From Candidatus Bathyarchaeia archaeon (GTDB lineage: Archaea > Thermoproteota > Bathyarchaeia > Bathyarchaeales > Bathycorpusculaceae), in contig JAVZLS010000005.1 of assembly GCA_038883715.1 (NCBI GenBank), forward strand, positions 1 to 64,000: a stretch of 64,000 nucleotides of DNA. The letters are read 5' to 3'. The notes beneath the pieces were generated by a model that searched no databases, was not told the DNA's origin, and saw only the letters and a program-made list of their open reading frames with translations. A program made the translations under genes and the position numbers. The stretch's first letter is position 1. Each line of letters starts with the position of its first letter. Positions 1 to 7,370 of the stretch are shown piece after piece.

Positions 1-65
1 GTGTCTTTAAGCTCTACGAAGCGTTCGACGATTTCTTCAAATTTTTTCTGGCTTTTTCCCGCCAC
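1..65 (-). CDS. 5' end of a second PhoU/TrkA-C domain protein (runs off window)
   Basis: GTG at 65, just after the upstream stop, reads VAGKSQKKFEEIVERFVELKDT; this resembles the start of the paralogue next door (REMKNLSELMIDLAY). Confidence 0.6.
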   Translation of the reverse strand, partial: MAGKSQKKFEEIVERFVELKD

Positions 66-67
66 AA

Positions 68-676
68 CTAGTCCTCCAGTTTGTCAAGTTTTCCCTCGCA
101 GAGTTCCTTTAGCTCTCTTAATCCTTCGTGGGTACCGCGGGCTATGAGAATGTCGCCAGCCTTAACCTTCTCTTTTCCTTTCGGGTTTATTATCCAGTCG
201 TTTTCTCTGAATATGGCGATTATGTCTATGCCCATCCTCGGGGCTAGTTCAAGTTCACCTATTTCCCTGCCAACAAGAACCGATTTTTCGTTTACCTTGG
301 CTTTTGCCAGACGTTCTTCAACCCTTTCGAATATTTCGCTTACAATGGGGTGTACGCCTATGTTCTGCGTCACTATTGCTGCTATGTCTGCGGCAGCGTC
401 TGAAATTTTGTCTGCGGCGGCGGCCACCTTTGAAACTCCAACCAGCATTTCTGCGTCTTTTGCATCTCTTGCCGCCACCATGGTGACCATTTCCAAGTGG
501 TAAGCCAGTGTATCTATGCGTTTTTCCAGTTCCAGAACGTCTTCGGCCAAGTCTTTATCGTTAAAGAGGGCTGCCGAATAAGCTAGGTCTATCATTAGTT
601 CGGAGAGGTTTTTCATTTCGCGGAGAACTTCCCTCACTGTTACGGGTTTATACTCGATTTTTTCAAAGTGAGGCAT
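68..676 (-). CDS. PhoU-domain + TrkA-C (RCK_C) protein (COG3273-like)
   Basis: KNLSELMIDLAYSA helical PhoU repeat, then TrkA-C pattern SVLVGREIGEL..GIDIIAIFRE..IINP..GDILIARG; start taken at ATG 676 (MPHFEKIEY). Confidence 0.85.
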   Translation of the reverse strand: MPHFEKIEYKPVTVREVLREMKNLSELMIDLAYSAALFNDKDLAEDVLELEKRIDTLAYHLEMVTMVAARDAKDAEMLVGVSKVAAAADKISDAAADIAAIVTQNIGVHPIVSEIFERVEERLAKAKVNEKSVLVGREIGELELAPRMGIDIIAIFRENDWIINPKGKEKVKAGDILIARGTHEGLRELKELCEGKLDKLED

Positions 677-753
677 AGTTTTTTGGGCTCTCCGACCAGA
701 ATATTTGGCAACAAATATTTTAACTCTTATCCCCCAAGGCTTTTTTGAAATAT

Positions 754-1953
754 TTAAGTTAATATGCCAGTCCATAAGACAAGCGCCACAAGAAGCGAAA
801 TTGTTGTTATGCTGTCGGCGAGGGAACTCTCTATTGGAATTTCAAAATTGTCCGGGTCTAAACCCCTCTGATAAGTTAGGATGGCAACGGAATAGGAAAC
901 CAAGATTATTAAAGAGGCGGCGAAAATGTTGACTGTGAAGAGGAAAAGTGTGAATGTTACAAGGCGTGTTGGGGCAAATGTTCCAGTTATTAACAAGCCT
1001 AGAATAGAGTAGGCAAAATACATTATTAGCGACGCTGACCACGCGCCTGAAATCTCCATCCAATGGCTTTTCAATGAAGAAAATGATGCCTTAAGAGTTC
1101 CAAGGGCAAGTTTTGTTGTGGCTGTTGAGCCTACTACGGCGCCCACATCGCCTATTGTGTCAATTAAAGCTGGATAAACAACATAAACTTGGCTGAGCTC
1201 TTTCCCACGTATGAATTTTTCCACTCTGCCTAGCGTGGCTCCGGCAACATTAACAATGAAAGAGACTAAGACAAGCGTTAATAGAGACTCTTTTAATGTT
1301 CTAATAAACTCTGGTTCTCTTGCATTTTTAACCAAAAAGAATATGGAGGTTAAAAATAGCGCCAAACTTATAAAAGTAAAGATATAGCTCCAAAGAAGGC
1401 TGTTGGCAAGGAAGAGACCAAGCACCATGACATAAATTGAGGTTATTAGGAGATCTGCCACCGTGGACTCTATTGGGTATAAGATTATGTCTGGGTCAAG
1501 TCCATGCTTGAAGGAAAGGAAAGAAACAGTCAATGTCAGCGGGGAAATAACAACTAGCGCCAAAGCCATTGTAGCCATAAAAACATTTATCAAACCCAAA
1601 AATTCTCCAAAGCCTCCAATAAAGGCTGCAATTAGGCTCATCATGAGGCTTGCTTCAAAAGTCATGATCACGATTGCTTGGAATAGCAGATAGAAGCTTT
1701 TAGTGTTTCCAAAAAGGCGAGGTTGAACTGTTCCAAGGTGCAGGGCAGTGCTTAAACGTCCACAAAATAAGCCGCCTATAACCCCACGGGCACTGAGAAT
1801 CGGCGGATAAATTACAACTGCCCATGATGCTTTTGCAAAAAGACCGGAGTTGTAGGCTATTATTGTTCCCGCAGCTATCCCGAAAATGTTAAAGGCATAA
1901 GCCATCACTGACTGCTTCAAGGTTTCGGCGAATCGCGGTTTAATCAAAGCCAT
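754..1953 (-). CDS. mgtE: MgtE/SLC41-type divalent cation transporter, membrane domain only, internally duplicated
   Basis: About 10 TM helices; two repeats with RLSTALHLG/TTKLALG and GLDPD..PIEST.AD/GLDPD..PIESSLAD; RBS GGAGGAGG upstream. Confidence 0.85.
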   Translation of the reverse strand: MALIKPRFAETLKQSVMAYAFNIFGIAAGTIIAYNSGLFAKASWAVVIYPPILSARGVIGGLFCGRLSTALHLGTVQPRLFGNTKSFYLLFQAIVIMTFEASLMMSLIAAFIGGFGEFLGLINVFMATMALALVVISPLTLTVSFLSFKHGLDPDIILYPIESTVADLLITSIYVMVLGLFLANSLLWSYIFTFISLALFLTSIFFLVKNAREPEFIRTLKESLLTLVLVSFIVNVAGATLGRVEKFIRGKELSQVYVVYPALIDTIGDVGAVVGSTATTKLALGTLKASFSSLKSHWMEISGAWSASLIMYFAYSILGLLITGTFAPTRLVTFTLFLFTVNIFAASLIILVSYSVAILTYQRGLDPDNFEIPIESSLADSITTISLLVALVLWTGILT

Positions 1954-2230
1954 AAATTAACCTCCTCCAAAGTCTAGCCGGACATCGGTAGAAAATTGTG
2001 GAACAAGGCAAGGGCGGCTGTGGGTGAAAATACTTTTTACATAGAAGTTTTCATGGGCACGGCTGGGCAATTGATGGTTTCTGTTTCTTTCTTTTGGCGT
2101 GCTGTTGGCTGGCTTCATCATTTTCGCCTTCTTGGCTTTCTCCGTTTTTCTCCATCCATAGGCACTCCTTCAAAGCAGCTTTTTCCAGCGTGCCCTCAAA
2201 CTCCACCTTTTATATCGCTCCTAAACCTTT
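1954..2230 (-). promoter_or_regulatory. Long putative 5' leader of the mgtE operon with a uORF and alternative helices
   Basis: TATA-like elements at about 2208-2228; AAGGAG RBS before a 13-codon uORF (2118-2159, MDGEKRRKPRRRK); GGGCACGCTGG (2185-2195) complementary to CCAGCCGTGCCC (2055-2066). Confidence 0.35.
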
Positions 2231-2344
2231 TACAATTGGTGAGCAACTCCCTTAATTATTTTTCCGACAAATCCAAAATCCATATCTAAAATTCATAACT
2301 GTTTTAATTAGCCAGCCTCCAAATTTGCAGCACATTGGTGAAAA

Positions 2345-2530
2345 GTGTTGTATGCTATATGGGTAAAGATTGATGAAACAATGCCGTGGATTGAGCTTAG
2401 CGGAACATATCAAACAAGAGAAGAGGCTAGAAAAGTGGCTAATGAACTTTTAAGCAAAATAAGGGTGAGAATTGTTGAGGTTGAGGAAAAGCGAAGACAA
2501 ATGAAGGCTATAGTGACAGTAAAGCGGTAA
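2345..2530 (+). CDS. Small hypothetical protein (61 aa)
   Basis: Protein-like ORF with GGTGA RBS before GTG and an AT-rich promoter-like region upstream. Confidence 0.65.
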   Translation: MLYAIWVKIDETMPWIELSGTYQTREEARKVANELLSKIRVRIVEVEEKRRQMKAIVTVKR

Positions 2531-2567
2531 AACTGACTTAAACCTCAAACTTTCCTTCCTTCCAGTT

Positions 2568-2963
2568 TCAGGTTTTTGATGAAGGATAGCATGTGGCACA
2601 CTTGCATTCCTTGAGGGTTGGCAGGTCTTCTTGGTGAAGTTTGCAGATAACCCTCTCATATCTTATGGTGGCGCATATTTCGCAAAGCCTTTCTATGACA
2701 TTTTCTGGTGTTGCGTCTTCTCTGGCGAGGTTTTCAGCTAGCTTTGATATCATTTTCATGGCTTCTTCGGATTGGGCTATTTCGTTTGCGAGTGTTGCTC
2801 CTCTTTCACCTTTGAAATATTGGGTTATGGCGGCTGGGGTTAGCTCCATTTTTTCAGAAGCTTCAATTTTTCTCATGTTGTGTTTTTCTATAAGTTCCTT
2901 TGTTACTAGCACTCTTATTGCTGGGAGGAGGTATTTCACTACAATTACGCATGGTGGTTTCAA
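2568..2963 (-). CDS. HTH transcriptional regulator (COG2522-like) with Cys/His-rich C-terminus
   Basis: MKPPC start; HTH EASEKMELTPAAITQYFKGERG; CxxC, CxxH and CxCxxC motifs. Confidence 0.85.
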   Translation of the reverse strand: MKPPCVIVVKYLLPAIRVLVTKELIEKHNMRKIEASEKMELTPAAITQYFKGERGATLANEIAQSEEAMKMISKLAENLAREDATPENVIERLCEICATIRYERVICKLHQEDLPTLKECKCATCYPSSKT

Positions 2964-2993
2964 GGGTTTTCCCTAGTTATTTTTGGCGGTAGG

Positions 2994-3001
2994 TTTATAT
3001 A
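2994..3001. promoter_or_regulatory. TATA box, probably bidirectional
   Basis: TTTATATA lies about 30-38 nt from both divergent start codons (2963 and 3039). Confidence 0.65.
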
Positions 3002-3003
3002 TT

Positions 3004-3038
3004 TTTAACGGCGTTAAATAAGATTTAACGGTGTTAAA
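3004..3038. promoter_or_regulatory. Tandem palindromic operator 2 x TTTAAC-GGY-GTTAAA
   Basis: TTTAACggcGTTAAA (3004-3018) and TTTAACggtGTTAAA (3024-3038), 20-bp period, between the TATA box and ATG 3039. Confidence 0.75.
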
Positions 3039-4763
3039 ATGGCTGAAATCCACCTAATCAAACTAGAAGAACTCCACGAACACGAAGAAACAGACCCGAA
3101 ACACCTAAAGGAATTAACACAACAAATAGCTGCAGACAAAATCCTAAAACACCCAATAATTGTCGACGAAAAAACAAACACAATATTGGATGGAGAACAC
3201 CGCTTCAACGCCCTCAAAAGCCTCGGATGCAAAAGAATCCCAGCAATATACGTGGATTATAGCTCTCCAAACATAGTGGTTCAAACATGGAGAAAGAATT
3301 ACGGCTTAACAAAAAGGGACGTGATAGAAGCAGCCCTATCTGGAAAGCGTTTCCCACCTAAAACAACCTGCCACATGATAAAGAACAGCGAAACCCTATC
3401 GCATATATCGTCAATTGAAAAGAGAGTTGACGTTCCCTTAGAAGTGCTGAAAAGCGAACTCACGCTTACGCCCATAAAGCGCATAAAAGCCGCCATGAAT
3501 GTTGAACTTGCAGACGTGCTACCAACATACACTAAATTCCTTAAAACAGAAGTTGTCGATGTCCCCCTAATAGTGGATAAGAGAACAGGCGTTTTAATAC
3601 ATGGCTATGAAGCCTTTCAAGCACTCGACCTACTTTCGGCAGAGAAAGCACCCACTTTTAAAGTGAACCCACAGGAAGTGGAAATCAAAGCAACAAACAT
3701 GGAAAACTTTTCTAAGGAGAGAATTATTGAGGCTGGAATTAAAGGGCCAAAGCTACCACCAAAAAGTTTCACCCTTCTATCAGAACCAGTTAAAATTAGC
3801 GTTCTGTTGGAAAAGTTATTGACTAAAAAGGGGCGAAGCCGCAAAGTGCTAAAAGTTTACAATAGCCCTCTAGAACTGCTTTATGAGGGTTGGCCAACTC
3901 CACTCGTAAAGTTGAATTCCCTTTCCTCCGCTTCCCGGAGTGTTTGGGCCAAGCTTGAATGCTATAATCCCTTCAGTAACAGTGTAAAAGATAGAATAGG
4001 CTGGGCCATGATTAAAGAGGCGGTGGAAAACAGGGAACTTAAAACAGCTTTGTATGAGGCTACGTCCACAAACACTGGAATAGCCCTAACCTCCATAGCC
4101 AACATCCTCGGCGTGAAGACAAGGCTTTACATACCAAAAACCATACAGAGGGCAAGCGACACCTACCTGAAAATTCTAGGAGCAGAGGTTGTAAGGCTTC
4201 CGGTAGGCTTAACTGTCGAGGCAATAAGCCTAGTAGAAAAGGAGGCAAAAGCCGACAGGGCCGCCCACCTAAACCAGTTCGAAAACGACGCCAACTTCAA
4301 AGTTCACCTAAAATACACAGCTAGAGAAATAGACGAACAGCTAAACAGTCGAGGCTTAAAGCCCACATGCATAATCGGAGGACTTGGAACATCAGGACAC
4401 ATGAGCGCCATATCCTACTACTTCAAAACTAAATACGGAGATAGCGTAAAAATTGTGGGCGTTCAACCAGCCCAAAACGAGGTTATCCCAGGCATAAGGC
4501 GAATAGAAACTGGCATGAAATGGTTCCATAATGTGCATTTTGACGAAGTAGTGAACGTTAAGCAGCCAGAAGCCATAGAAAGTGCAATAAAAATAGCAAG
4601 AAAAGAGGGTCTCCTAACAGGGTTAAGCTCCGGAGCTGTTGTTCACGCTTTTCAAAAAATCGCTGGAGAAAAAGGCGTATACGTTCTAATTTTTCCAGAC
4701 AGTGGATACAAATACGTGGAACAGTTCGAAAAATATTTGGCGAGTGCGCCGCCGAAAAACTAG
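3039..4763 (+). CDS. Fusion: ParB/Srx-fold free-serine kinase (SerK) + degenerate SerK repeat + PLP-dependent O-phosphoserine sulfhydrylase (cysteine synthase)
   Basis: N-terminal HEET, PIIVD, ILDGEHR, VDY, PPKTTCH; second repeat PLIVD..LIHGYEA..LPPKSF; C-terminal WPTPLV, YNPFSNSVKDR (PLP Lys), NQFENDAN, GLGTSGH, IPGIRRIETG. Confidence 0.85.
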   Translation: MAEIHLIKLEELHEHEETDPKHLKELTQQIAADKILKHPIIVDEKTNTILDGEHRFNALKSLGCKRIPAIYVDYSSPNIVVQTWRKNYGLTKRDVIEAALSGKRFPPKTTCHMIKNSETLSHISSIEKRVDVPLEVLKSELTLTPIKRIKAAMNVELADVLPTYTKFLKTEVVDVPLIVDKRTGVLIHGYEAFQALDLLSAEKAPTFKVNPQEVEIKATNMENFSKERIIEAGIKGPKLPPKSFTLLSEPVKISVLLEKLLTKKGRSRKVLKVYNSPLELLYEGWPTPLVKLNSLSSASRSVWAKLECYNPFSNSVKDRIGWAMIKEAVENRELKTALYEATSTNTGIALTSIANILGVKTRLYIPKTIQRASDTYLKILGAEVVRLPVGLTVEAISLVEKEAKADRAAHLNQFENDANFKVHLKYTAREIDEQLNSRGLKPTCIIGGLGTSGHMSAISYYFKTKYGDSVKIVGVQPAQNEVIPGIRRIETGMKWFHNVHFDEVVNVKQPEAIESAIKIARKEGLLTGLSSGAVVHAFQKIAGEKGVYVLIFPDSGYKYVEQFEKYLASAPPKN

Positions 4764-4894
4764 AGAGAGGCTATCAAATTTAACAATTTTCAGACAGCTA
4801 AATTTACATGAAAAAGGTTCTTTTTTGGCATTTCAACTTTTGGTTGCATGAATAGATTTTTAAGTGCCCTCCAGCATTTAAGAAAGGCTAGATT

Positions 4895-5305
4895 ATGATG
4901 AAAGATTTAGCTACACTTAAAGTTAGAGTTAGCAAAATTATGACGAGAAACCTAATCACGGTTTTAGTTGGCAGCACGGTGGAGGATGCCGTGAAAAGGA
5001 TGATTGAATGTGACGTGGAATGCTTACCAGTCATAGACTCAAAAGGTATTTTACGTGGTTTGTTAACTTTCAGAGACATAATCACAAAGGCTGTTTATTC
5101 GCAAGCTGATGTGAGGAAGCTGAGAGTTGAAGATATAATGACAAAGGATCTTGTGACATGTAAACCAAATAGTACTGTTCTCGAAGTTGTCAAAATGATG
5201 AAGAACAAGCATCTCAGAAGAATTCCAGTCGTAAATGCCAAAAACAAACTTGTAGGCCTAATAACAGACTTTGACCTGGCATTGTTTGGATGGAACTTCA
5301 AATAG
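4895..5305 (+). CDS. Stand-alone CBS-pair protein
   Basis: Two CBS repeats (VSKIMTR..LPVID..GLLTFRD; VEDIMTK..RRIPVV..GLITDFD). Confidence 0.9.
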   Translation: MMKDLATLKVRVSKIMTRNLITVLVGSTVEDAVKRMIECDVECLPVIDSKGILRGLLTFRDIITKAVYSQADVRKLRVEDIMTKDLVTCKPNSTVLEVVKMMKNKHLRRIPVVNAKNKLVGLITDFDLALFGWNFK

Positions 5306-5315
5306 CCCAAAGCCA

Positions 5316-5687
5316 TCAGTGGAACAAGCGTTCACCATAAATCTTTTCCAAAAGCCTCTTGAGAATTCTCGCCTTACGCTCAAACTCTCTTTCGGAAACA
5401 GTATGCCTCATCGGGCACAAATCATCCAACGCCACACCCTTACCGTCCACGTAAATAACCGGGTAAAGGCGACACCCCAAAGGCCTTATCCTATAAACCC
5501 TACACCTCTTCTCGGCTGGACTGTAAAAGTAGCACCAACCATCCACATTCCTAAGACATGGCGTGTCATCGCGAACAACTACGAAATCTTCTGGATGATA
5601 GCCAGCATCCATTAGCCTCTTTATGTCGTCACTTGAAAGCTCCATCTCAGTCTCGCGGCAACATTTTCCACAACGCAAACAGCGCAT
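5316..5687 (-). CDS. YkgJ-family cysteine-cluster protein
   Basis: CxxCGxCC ... C.F ... C.VY..RP.GCR.YP. Confidence 0.85.
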   Translation of the reverse strand: MRCLRCGKCCRETEMELSSDDIKRLMDAGYHPEDFVVVRDDTPCLRNVDGWCYFYSPAEKRCRVYRIRPLGCRLYPVIYVDGKGVALDDLCPMRHTVSEREFERKARILKRLLEKIYGERLFH

Positions 5688-5711
5688 AGAAACACCTTGA
5701 ATAGCGATTTT

Positions 5712-5799
5712 TGGCGCCGGGAGTGGGATTTGAACCCACGCGGCCCAGAAGGGCCACAGGCTCTCAAGGCCTGCGCGTTATCCACTCCGCCATCCCGGC
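5712..5799 (-). tRNA. tRNA-Ser (anticodon TGA), long variable arm, CCA encoded
   Basis: GCCGGGA/TCCCGGC acceptor stem, discriminator G, anticodon arm CAGGC-CTTGAGA-GCCTG, GGTTCAAATCC T arm. Confidence 0.97.
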
Positions 5800-5899
5800 A
5801 CAACCGCCACTTCTAAAATCCATTTTAAATCTTAAATCTTTATCCAAAAACGAATCAGCTATATATTGGAAATGCAAGTAAACTATTTTCGGCGAAAAG

Positions 5900-5977
5900 G
5901 GGCCGGTAGTCTAGCTCGGTTAGGACATCCGCTTGACGTGCGGAAGGTCACCGGTTCAAATCCGGTCCGGCCCACCA
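5900..5977 (+). tRNA. tRNA-Val (anticodon GAC), CCA encoded
   Basis: GGGCCGG/CCGGCCC acceptor stem, anticodon arm TCCGC-TTGACGT-GCGGA, GGTTCAAATCC. Confidence 0.97.
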
Positions 5978-6053
5978 TGTGTTTTTGTGTTGTACTTTTG
6001 TGCAAAAAGGTTTATTAAATATTAATATTCTGCATACTCGTGAGGCGTTTGAT

Positions 6054-6431
6054 ATGTCTAAAAACGTGACATTATCGAGGTATGGCGGCGGATACTATCT
6101 CCCAAAGCATAGCAATCAAACATGTTATGGCTGTGGCGAAAACTTTGAAAAGCCAATTTTGGCAACCATCGTTTCCGGCGACTCTTCTAAGACATACTAT
6201 GCTTGTCCACGTTGCCTAACCAAGGTTGGAGAAGTAAAAACCACGGGGCATGACCAAGGCGAAGAAGCTGAAAAGTCTTCCATGGTTGTTTTGCGTAAAA
6301 AGGAGGAAAGCGAGTCGGAAGAGGTGAAGTGTAAGCATTTTCTTGGCTATTTGAAGAAGCGTCCAAAGAATACACCAATACCGGACGAGTGCTTAACCTG
6401 CAGCAAAATGATTGAGTGCCTAGCCTACTAA
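6054..6431 (+). CDS. Two-domain zinc-binding hypothetical protein
   Basis: CYGC...CPRC ribbon, charged linker, then CKHFLGYL...PDECLTC...EC; GAGG RBS and TATA upstream of ATG 6054. Confidence 0.75.
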   Translation: MSKNVTLSRYGGGYYLPKHSNQTCYGCGENFEKPILATIVSGDSSKTYYACPRCLTKVGEVKTTGHDQGEEAEKSSMVVLRKKEESESEEVKCKHFLGYLKKRPKNTPIPDECLTCSKMIECLAY

Positions 6432-6516
6432 TGTACACGTGGAGTTTTGCATCCTACATTTCAACGGATAAACTTTAAGCATCGCGCAAGCATAGTGAGT
6501 TTGGCGAGGATGGTCG

Positions 6517-7212
6517 TTGCTTCCATTAAAGGATTTAAACCGTCCTTTTAGCACTCCTCACGTTAATCGCATGTTGTTAATTGTAAACGTTGTCATATTC
6601 ATGGTTTACTGGCTTTCCACTGTTGAAATTTATTTTCCTCGAATAGTTGCGGAGAGAATTGAGGCTGATTTTATTATGTATCCTAGTGAGATTGTCCATG
6701 GACGGAGGCTTTACACTTTAATGACATCCATGTTTATGCATGCTGACTGGCTGCACTTGCTTGGAAACATGCTCTTTCTCTTTATTTTCGGGGACAACGT
6801 TGAAGACATTTTTGGGCATTTAGGTTATTTGGCGTTCTACATATTTTGCGGCTTGGCGGCTGCCTTTACACATATCTTAAGCTTATATCTCATTCCAGCT
6901 TACCAAAACCCAGAACTTCTAACTGCTGGAGTTGTGGGAGCATCTGGAGCAATTTCCGGAGTTTTGGGAGCCTATCTCGTGCTTTTTCCAAAGGCCAGAA
7001 TCTTAACTCTTGTTGCCTATTTTATATTGCCAATTCCGGCTGTTATTTTTCTTGGCTTCTGGCTTCTTTTGCAATGGTTTTACGTAATATTCAAAATCTA
7101 CAGCGAAGTTGCCTACTGGGCGCATATAGGCGGCTTCATTGCAGGCATGATTTTGGCATTATCTTTCGGGCTTAAGCGAAAAAGAGAGAAAATGGCGAGG
7201 ATTCTTCATTAG
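6517..7212 (+). CDS. Rhomboid intramembrane serine protease
   Basis: HLLGNM, GASG catalytic Ser, AHIGG catalytic His, 6 TMs. Confidence 0.95.
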   Translation: MLPLKDLNRPFSTPHVNRMLLIVNVVIFMVYWLSTVEIYFPRIVAERIEADFIMYPSEIVHGRRLYTLMTSMFMHADWLHLLGNMLFLFIFGDNVEDIFGHLGYLAFYIFCGLAAAFTHILSLYLIPAYQNPELLTAGVVGASGAISGVLGAYLVLFPKARILTLVAYFILPIPAVIFLGFWLLLQWFYVIFKIYSEVAYWAHIGGFIAGMILALSFGLKRKREKMARILH

Positions 7213-7235
7213 TTTTCTAGCTTTGATAAATTTGC

Positions 7236-7299
7236 GGGGTCTGGCCGTCATGAGCTCCTCATATTGCACCTATCAGACTGGGACGGCGTCATCATCCCC
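7236..7299 (-). ncRNA. Box C/D guide sRNA, predicted 23S rRNA 2'-O-methylation guide
   Basis: GGGG stem, box C ATGATGA, 12-nt guide CGCCGTCCCAGT, D' CTGA, C' ATGAGGA, 12-nt guide GCTCATGACGGC, D variant CAGA, CCCC stem; TATA-like TTTATC about 30 nt upstream. Confidence 0.85.
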
Positions 7300-7370
7300 C
7301 AGTAAATTGACAGCATTCCCCATTGATAAAGTCTTTGCCCATAGCAGCCTTGATGAGTGCAGTGGAACGT

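Noticed and set aside
2115-2121. ATGATGA box C-like motif in the mgtE leader
   Set aside because: No D' or D box at guide distance
1940-2155. Minus-strand frame MEKNG...QPCP-TGA-KLLC...C...C as a possible selenoprotein
   Set aside because: No recognisable selenoprotein family or SECIS element, no Sec machinery in the window, and the frame overlaps the mgtE start; probably chance
2074-2161. Plus-strand hydrophobic stretch WFLFLSFGVLLAGFIIFAFLAFSVFLHP
   Set aside because: Preceded by in-frame stops with no good start; pyrimidine-rich DNA produces such residues automatically
5712-5799. tRNA with TGA read as tRNA-Sec or a suppressor
   Set aside because: Anticodon TGA decodes UCA (Ser); Sec needs anticodon TCA and a longer acceptor stem
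5712-5977. tRNAs as integration sites of a mobile element
   Set aside because: No duplicated tRNA 3' end and no integrase noticed in the window
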